Assembly: GCA_021821045.1 (NCBI GenBank)
Contig: JAKACW010000015.1
Span: 4,713-68,712, forward strand
Length of the DNA: 64,000 bases
From: Pseudomonadota bacterium
GTDB lineage: Bacteria; Pseudomonadota; Gammaproteobacteria; JAADHS01
Direction: 5' to 3'
The notes beneath the pieces are model-generated. The model had not been told where the DNA came from. It did no database searches and saw only the letters and a list, made by a program, of their open reading frames with translations. Made by a program: the position numbers and the translations under genes. Positions 58,033 to 64,000 of this stretch are shown here, one piece after another. How positions within the stretch are numbered: position 1 is the stretch's first letter; every line of letters begins with the position of its first letter.

Positions 58033-59928
58033 TTAGCGATCTTCCAGGTAGGTATAGCCCTGCAGGCCCGCTAGGAGTTCCTGCAAGTGTTGGCGACGCT
58101 CCTCAGCGCTCAGAGACGCCCGGGCGACCTTCTCTTCGTAGGCCGCGCGCAAATCGCCGGTTTCAAACTGGACGTATTTCAAGACGTGGTCCACCACGTC
58201 ACCGTGGCGTTTCTCGGCCAGGCGATAGCCATCCTGGGTGAGTTCGACATTCACTGAGTTGGTATCGCCAAATAAATTATGCATATCGCCAAGGATCTCT
58301 TGATAGGCGCCGATCAAAAAGATCCCCAACAAATACGGCTCGCCATCGCGCAGGGCGTGGAGCGGCAAATTGGCCTCGACGCCCTCGCCATCGACGTAGC
58401 TGTCGATTCGCCCGTCCGAATCACAGGTAATATCCTCCAACACGCCGCGACGCGTCGGACGTTCGTTAAGGCGCCCGAGGGGCATTACGGGAAAGACTTG
58501 ATCGAGCGCCCACACGTCGGGCAGCGACTGGAACAGCGAAAAATTGCAGAAATATTTATCCGCCATCTTTTCGTTGAGCTCATCGAGCACTTGGCGGTGC
58601 GTTCGCACCGTCGGCTGCAACGTCGACTGCGTCTTGTGGCAAACAGCGTAATACAATTTTTCCGCCTGAGCGCGCTGCTCCATGGTCAGCACGCCATGCA
58701 CATACATTGCTTGCGCTTCCGATAGACGATGGGATGCGTCGTGATAAGCCTCGAGCGGCGTCGACTGACCGCTGCCCAATTCCGTATAGTCGCGCCACAT
58801 ATCGTGCAGAATCTGGGGGGCGTCGTCGGCAGGGGCTTCGGGTGCGCGCTCATCGCTGATGCTTTCGTAGTCGATCACGTTGGTAATCAGCACCGCATGG
58901 TGGGCCGTCATCGCGCGACCGGACTCAGTGATAATGTTTGGATGGGGAAGATCCGCCGCCTCGCACACTTCCCACAGGGTATGAACCACGTTGCGCGCAT
59001 ACTCCTGAACGGTGTAGTTCATGGAACAAAAACTGCGCGACCGCGTTCCTTCGTAGTCGATGCCTAAACCGCCGCCCACGTCGACGGTTTCGATTTTGGC
59101 CCCGTGGCGCAGGAACTCCGCGTAGTAGCGGGCGCACTCGCGCAATCCACGCTGAATGTCCTGAATGTTGGCGATTTGCGAGCCCAGATGGCAGTGCAAC
59201 AGTCGCAAGCACTCGAGCTTGCCGGCCGCCTTGAGGGTCTCGATCGCGTCCATGGCTTGGGCCGCGGACAAGCCGAATTTGGACTTTTCACCACCGGTGT
59301 TTTGCCATTTGCCGGCGCCGATGGAGGCCAGCCGTACACGCAGCCCGATCAGCGGCTCAACCTTTAGCTGCGCCGCTTCGGAAAGCACGATATCCAGTTC
59401 GGTGCGTTTTTCCACCACGATGTGAACGCGATGACCCAGCTTCTGCCCGATCAGCGCCAACCGGACGTACTCCCGATCCTTATAGCCATTGCATATAATG
59501 ACCCCGCCGTCGGCTCTCGACAGCGCCAACACCGCCATGAGCTCGGGTTTGCTGCCCGCTTCCAGTCCCACCCGCGGCCCGCCATGGCCGACGATCTCGC
59601 GCAGCAGCCGCTGATTTTGATTCACCTTAATCGGATAGACGGCGGTGTAGCGACCCTTATAGCCGTCGGCCTCCATGGCGCTGGCGAAGGCATCCGTTAA
59701 CGTATCCACGCGATCTTTCAGCACGTCCATGAAGCGCACCAGAATTGGCAGTGCCAGTCCGCTTTCGCGAATATCCAAAGCCAGTTGATTCAAATCGACG
59801 GTTGGACTGCCCGGAGTGCGCCGCGGTCTGGCGATGACGTGTCCGGCGTCGTTGACATCGAAATAGCCGCCGCTCCAAACAGCGATGTTGTAGAGGTCGC
59901 GGCTTTGCTGAACCGTCCAATCCGTCAT
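58033..59928 (-). CDS. speA: Biosynthetic arginine decarboxylase
   Basis: VYPIKVNQ, GLEAGSKPEL, HLGSQI, DVGGGLG, DITCDSDG, GAYQEILGDMHNLFG. Confidence 0.97.
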   Translation of the reverse strand: MTDWTVQQSRDLYNIAVWSGGYFDVNDAGHVIARPRRTPGSPTVDLNQLALDIRESGLALPILVRFMDVLKDRVDTLTDAFASAMEADGYKGRYTAVYPIKVNQNQRLLREIVGHGGPRVGLEAGSKPELMAVLALSRADGGVIICNGYKDREYVRLALIGQKLGHRVHIVVEKRTELDIVLSEAAQLKVEPLIGLRVRLASIGAGKWQNTGGEKSKFGLSAAQAMDAIETLKAAGKLECLRLLHCHLGSQIANIQDIQRGLRECARYYAEFLRHGAKIETVDVGGGLGIDYEGTRSRSFCSMNYTVQEYARNVVHTLWEVCEAADLPHPNIITESGRAMTAHHAVLITNVIDYESISDERAPEAPADDAPQILHDMWRDYTELGSGQSTPLEAYHDASHRLSEAQAMYVHGVLTMEQRAQAEKLYYAVCHKTQSTLQPTVRTHRQVLDELNEKMADKYFCNFSLFQSLPDVWALDQVFPVMPLGRLNERPTRRGVLEDITCDSDGRIDSYVDGEGVEANLPLHALRDGEPYLLGIFLIGAYQEILGDMHNLFGDTNSVNVELTQDGYRLAEKRHGDVVDHVLKYVQFETGDLRAAYEEKVARASLSAEERRQHLQELLAGLQGYTYLEDR

Positions 59929-60067
59929 GATGTCCCTTCCCGGCTGCTATGTTTTCGTGGACGCTATTATAAGTTAATGCGTGGGCGGTGGCAGAACGAG
60001 TTCGATTGCGGTATCTTTGTCACCCTTTTGAGTCGCTTCCGATTTCCGCGCGCCGAGGAGTACGAGC

Positions 60068-60922
60068 ATGACGCTGGACAACACCTGGTTTACCGAAGCA
60101 CAAGTCGCCAGCGGCGCCGCATTTTCCATGAAAATCAAGGGAAAGCTCCACGACGAGCAGACCCCGTACCAGCACATTCAGATTTATGACACCGAAACGT
60201 TCGGCAAGCTCATGGTCATCGACGGCTGCATCATGCTCACCGATCGCGACAACTTCATCTACCACGAGATGATGAGCCACCCCGCGCTGTTCACCCATCC
60301 TGGGCCGCGCAGCGTGGTAATCATCGGCGGCGGCGACTGCGGCACGATGCGCGAAGTGCTCAAGCACCCAGGCGTCGAGCAAGCCTGGCAGATCGAAATC
60401 GACGAGCGGGTGACGCGGTTGGCCGAGAAATACTTTCCCCAGTTGTGCGACGCCAACAACGATCCTCGCGCCCACTTCTATTTCGGCGACGGCGTGAAGT
60501 GGATGGATGAGGCGGAAGCCGAAAGCGTCGACATTATCATCGTCGACAGCACCGACCCCATCGGCCCGGCGGAAGGTCTGTTCGCCGAACCGTTCTATCG
60601 GTGCTGTCATCGCGCGCTGGCGAAAGGCGGCATTCTCGTTCAGCAAAGCGAATCGCCTCTGTACCATCTGGATCTGCTGCAGCGGATGCGCGCAAGCATG
60701 CGCGCCGCCGGCTTCACCAGCCTGCAAACACTGCATTATCCACAGTGCGTCTATCCGTCAGGATGGTGGAGTGCGACATTGGCCGGCAAGAATTGCGCGG
60801 TCAATAAGTTTCGGGAAAAGGAGGCGGGCAGTCCCGGTTTCGACACACTGTTCTACACAGCCGATGTGCACAAGGGCGCCATGGCACTGCCGGCGTTCGC
60901 CAAGCGTGTGCTGGAAAAATAG
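60068..60922 (+). CDS. speE: Polyamine aminopropyltransferase (spermidine synthase)
   Basis: YHEMMSH, IIGGGDCG, IEIDE, IVDSTDP, YPSGWW. Confidence 0.95.
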   Translation: MTLDNTWFTEAQVASGAAFSMKIKGKLHDEQTPYQHIQIYDTETFGKLMVIDGCIMLTDRDNFIYHEMMSHPALFTHPGPRSVVIIGGGDCGTMREVLKHPGVEQAWQIEIDERVTRLAEKYFPQLCDANNDPRAHFYFGDGVKWMDEAEAESVDIIIVDSTDPIGPAEGLFAEPFYRCCHRALAKGGILVQQSESPLYHLDLLQRMRASMRAAGFTSLQTLHYPQCVYPSGWWSATLAGKNCAVNKFREKEAGSPGFDTLFYTADVHKGAMALPAFAKRVLEK

Positions 60923-60927
60923 GGACG

Positions 60928-61392
60928 CTACTTTTTCGGCGGTCCGCTGCAGTACTCTTTGATTTTCTCGTTGGTCGACGCGACTTCTTGGGCGCGCTCT
61001 TCGTCGCTAATATAGTGACGTTCGCCGCCCTCGCCGGTCTCGGTGTAGAGACGGGTGCCCCCTTCGAGCAGCGCCAGCCGCTTCTTTGACTCCTCGCAGG
61101 CTTTGGCATATTCCTTGGCACGCTCGTCGTCCTTTTTATTGCGCTCGGCGTCTTTTTTACGGTCGGTCTGGCGCGCATCGAGATAGCGCTTTTGATTGTC
61201 GAGTCGTTCCAAGGTGTTCGGGTCAGGCGTGAAAGTCGGCACCTTGACCTGTTCTGGGTTGTCCTTTTGCGTTGGTTGGTCGCCGAACTGGACGTTGCCT
61301 TGCTCGTCCACCCACCGGTACACCTCAGCGTGCACCGAACCGCTCGCCACAGTCACAGCCAGCGCCACAAATAGTCTTGCAAAGGTGTTCAT
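60928..61392 (-). CDS. DUF4124-domain exported protein
   Basis: AEVYRWVDEQGNVQFGDQP; two Cys in the C-terminal helices. Confidence 0.88.
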   Translation of the reverse strand: MNTFARLFVALAVTVASGSVHAEVYRWVDEQGNVQFGDQPTQKDNPEQVKVPTFTPDPNTLERLDNQKRYLDARQTDRKKDAERNKKDDERAKEYAKACEESKKRLALLEGGTRLYTETGEGGERHYISDEERAQEVASTNEKIKEYCSGPPKK

Positions 61393-61672
61393 ATAAACCT
61401 CGTCTGATCCGTCACCAACACTCGCCAATGCGCGGCTGGTCGTCTGTGAAACTCGTATATTTATCGGAGATCGGCGTGGAAATTAGAGTCTTGCTCGAAT
61501 CGACCGGCGGGCACCGCCAGTACACCTCGTTTCCAGTGTCCGACCAATGAATATCCGGGGCCGACATCTCGTTTATGTGGGCGTCTTCTCCATGCATGCG
61601 TCCTGGCGTTTGTCTGGGCGACGCGCGCTTCTCCACGTTATACTTTCTCCCGGATTCGCAAAGGATTGAACG

Positions 61673-61909
61673 ATGGAAGAACCAAAAATCGCACAGAAAG
61701 GCCCCTTTGTAGTGCCCCTCAAACCAGGCAAGTATTGGTGGTGCGCCTGCGGTCGAAGCAAGAAACAGCCGTTTTGTGACGGCTCGCACAAAGGCACACC
61801 GTTTTCGCCGGTGGAGTTTACCGTTGAAGAGGCCGACGTGTTCGCGCTCTGCGGCTGCAAGCACACCAAGTCGCCGCCGTTTTGCGACGGCACCCATGAA
61901 GAGCTCTGA
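61673..61909 (+). CDS. CDGSH iron-sulfur domain protein (two 2Fe-2S motifs)
   Basis: WCACGRSKKQPFCDGSH and LCGCKHTKSPPFCDGTH. Confidence 0.95.
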   Translation: MEEPKIAQKGPFVVPLKPGKYWWCACGRSKKQPFCDGSHKGTPFSPVEFTVEEADVFALCGCKHTKSPPFCDGTHEEL

Positions 61910-61919
61910 GCGTCTTATG

Positions 61920-61947
61920 AAAAAAATGCGGGGCCCGAAGGCCCCGC
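61920..61947 (-). terminator. Intrinsic terminator of glnK-amtB (possibly bidirectional)
   Basis: A-tract, then GCGGGGCC-cgaa-GGCCCCGC. Confidence 0.75.
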
Positions 61948-61986
61948 GCAGTGTGTCAGTTGGATTGTTGTTGTTCTGACGAGCGG

Positions 61987-63234
61987 TTACTTGCGGATGA
62001 CAAACTCGGGATAGGCTTCCATTCCGCAATCCACCAAGTCCATGCCTTCGTGCTCTTCCTCGGCGGTAACCCGCAACCCCATCACCGCTTTAATGATCAA
62101 CCAAACCAGGAAGCTGGTTGCGAAGACCCATGCAAAGATGGTGACCAAGCCGATCAGCTGGTTGCCGATGGTTGCATCGGCATTGGAGAGAACCACCGCA
62201 AGCAGACCCCACATACCGGACACCCCGTGAACCGAGATCGCACCGACCGGGTCATCGATTTTCAGCTTGTCCAAGGTCACGATGGAGAAAACCACCAACA
62301 CGCCACCGACGGCGCCGACAATGGCCGCGAGGCCCGGGCTGGGCGCCAAGGGTTCAGCCGTGATCGAAACCAAGCCCGCCAACGCGCCGTTGAGCACCAT
62401 TGTTAAGTCAGACTTACCGAACAACAGGCGGCCGGTGATCAACGCGGCAATGACGCCGGCCGCGGCCGCCACGTTGGTGTTCACGAACACCATCGCAACC
62501 GCGTTGGCCTCGCCGACGTTGGAGATCTTCAACTCCGATCCGCCATTGAACCCAAACCACCCCAGCCACAGAATGAACATGCCGAGGGTCGCCAAGGGTA
62601 GATTCGCGCCGGGAATGGGATGAATCTCGCCATTCGGGCCATACTTGCCTTTGCGAGGCCCGAGCAGGAGGACGCCAGCGAAGGCCGCCGCCGCACCGGT
62701 GAGATGCACGACCCCCGACCCTGCGAAGTCAACGAAACCCAACTCGTTCAAGAACCCGCCGCCCCACTTCCAGAAACCTTGCACGGGGTAGATGAACGCG
62801 GTCATCACCACCGCGAAGGCAAGAAACGCCCACAGTTTCATCCGCTCGGCGACGGCGCCGGATACGATTGACATTGCGGTAGCAACGAACACGACCTGAA
62901 AGAAAAAGTCGGCCAGGTTGGAGTAGTACGGCGCGTCATCGCCCTCGGCCACAACCGCTTCGACAGTGTTGTCCTCATAGCCCATGAAGCTAATGCTTGG
63001 GATATAGGGATTTACACCATCGCCGTACATGATGTTGTAACCCACCAGCAGATACATGATGGATGCCACGGCGTACAACGCGACATTTTTGGTTAGAATC
63101 TCAGTGGTGTTCTTAGCCCGCACCAGCCCCGCTTCGAGCATGGCAAACCCGGCGGCCATGAACATCACGAGCGCCCCCATGATCAAAAAGTAAAACGTAT
63201 CGATCGCGTAACTTAACTCTTTAACGGTTTCCAC
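61987..63234 (-). CDS. amtB: Ammonium transporter
   Basis: AGFAMLEAG, FQVVF, DFAGSGVVH, GWFGFNGGS, DDPVGAISVHG. GTG start after AGGAGG. Confidence 0.96.
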   Translation of the reverse strand: METVKELSYAIDTFYFLIMGALVMFMAAGFAMLEAGLVRAKNTTEILTKNVALYAVASIMYLLVGYNIMYGDGVNPYIPSISFMGYEDNTVEAVVAEGDDAPYYSNLADFFFQVVFVATAMSIVSGAVAERMKLWAFLAFAVVMTAFIYPVQGFWKWGGGFLNELGFVDFAGSGVVHLTGAAAAFAGVLLLGPRKGKYGPNGEIHPIPGANLPLATLGMFILWLGWFGFNGGSELKISNVGEANAVAMVFVNTNVAAAAGVIAALITGRLLFGKSDLTMVLNGALAGLVSITAEPLAPSPGLAAIVGAVGGVLVVFSIVTLDKLKIDDPVGAISVHGVSGMWGLLAVVLSNADATIGNQLIGLVTIFAWVFATSFLVWLIIKAVMGLRVTAEEEHEGMDLVDCGMEAYPEFVIRK

Positions 63235-63259
63235 GGTAAGCCTCCTACCTCGGTTCTTA

Positions 63260-63616
<357 letters not shown>

Positions 63617-63679
63617 TTACATAACGCTTTGGTGCAGCGTCACCGCACCCTTGCGATCCAATAGCCTCAGCGTGGCTGG

Positions 63680-63696
63680 AGCATTTACTGTGCCAA
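63680..63696 (-). promoter_or_regulatory. Sigma54 (-24/-12) promoter of glnK-amtB
   Basis: Minus strand TTGGCACAGTAAATGCT (GG-N10-GC). Confidence 0.8.
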
Positions 63697-63758
63697 TGTA
63701 CTTTCTTTAGCAAAAACATTGTCTTACTCTATCGACGCAGATGCGGCGGCGAAGCGCA

Positions 63759-63807
63759 CGCACCAAAATATTCAAACCGCCCAGATTTGGTGCACCCAAG
63801 TTGTGCA
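63759..63807. promoter_or_regulatory. NtrC-type enhancer sites
   Basis: CGCCCAGATTTGGTGCA (63778-63794), TGCACCCAAGTTGTGCA (63791-63807) and CGCACCAAAATATTCAA, compared with consensus TGCACCA-N3-TGGTGCA. Confidence 0.7.
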
Positions 63808-63864
63808 CGATTGGCAGCGACAGCGTGCTACGATTGGCCAGCGAAAAAACAAACGGTCGCACCA

Positions 63865-64000
63865 ATGATTAATCCAAAAATTCTCGACGATTTGGCGCGA
63901 AAGGTCGCCGAAGCCATGCCCGGCCCGATCAGCGACTTTCGCGATGACATGGAAAAAAACGTGCGGGCTGCACTGCAGGGTACGTTCAGCCGCCTCAATT
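63865..64000 (+). CDS. ubiK: UbiK/YqiC-family accessory factor (partial, runs off window)
   Basis: MINPKILDDLARKVAEAMP...DDMEKNVRAALQGTFSRLN; divergent from glnK, the usual arrangement. Confidence 0.85.
   Translation, partial: MINPKILDDLARKVAEAMPGPISDFRDDMEKNVRAALQGTFSRLN

Noticed and set aside
61412..61600. Possible small minus-strand ORF or ncRNA upstream of the DUF4124 gene
   Set aside because: No RBS, motif or convincing structure is visible.

Overview
A 64-kb GC-rich bacterial chromosomal window, most likely a gammaproteobacterium. A Sat resembling the sulfur-oxidiser type suggests a sulfur oxidiser. Bases 1-1.6 kb hold a decaying cluster of MNT/HEPN (type VII-like) toxin-antitoxin modules. 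The standout feature is a ~13-kb divergent double operon (3247-16328) around a perfect CRP-type box. It encodes a Tat-exported DUF1501-like protein, three exported c-type cytochromes with five CXXCH motifs in total (LamG-diheme lipoprotein, PSCyt/PSD-like monoheme, HZS-alpha-like propeller diheme lipoprotein) and three outer-membrane beta-barrels, one of them a DUF3570-like barrel with tandem flavinylation-like motifs. It also encodes a TlpA thioredoxin, a CxC-tailed DUF4266-like lipoprotein and a signal-peptide-bearing SAM methyltransferase. Together these form a candidate uncharacterised cell-envelope redox system. A GTGG/GTAG-type REP family (~18 units seen, all in the first 27 kb) sits in frame in two signal-peptide coding regions, supplies the stop codons of two genes, and is interrupted once by a different 51-bp palindromic element. 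The remainder is mostly housekeeping and signalling: purT, exeAB, gluQ-tdh-kbl, bolA, yjgA, bcp, zapE, mnmC, sat, pepN, a PhoPQ-like system, speA/speE, amtB-glnK with sigma54/NtrC sites, ubiK and several c-di-GMP proteins. No rRNA, tRNA, CRISPR array or intact transposase was seen. All family calls come from motif recognition by eye, not database searches.
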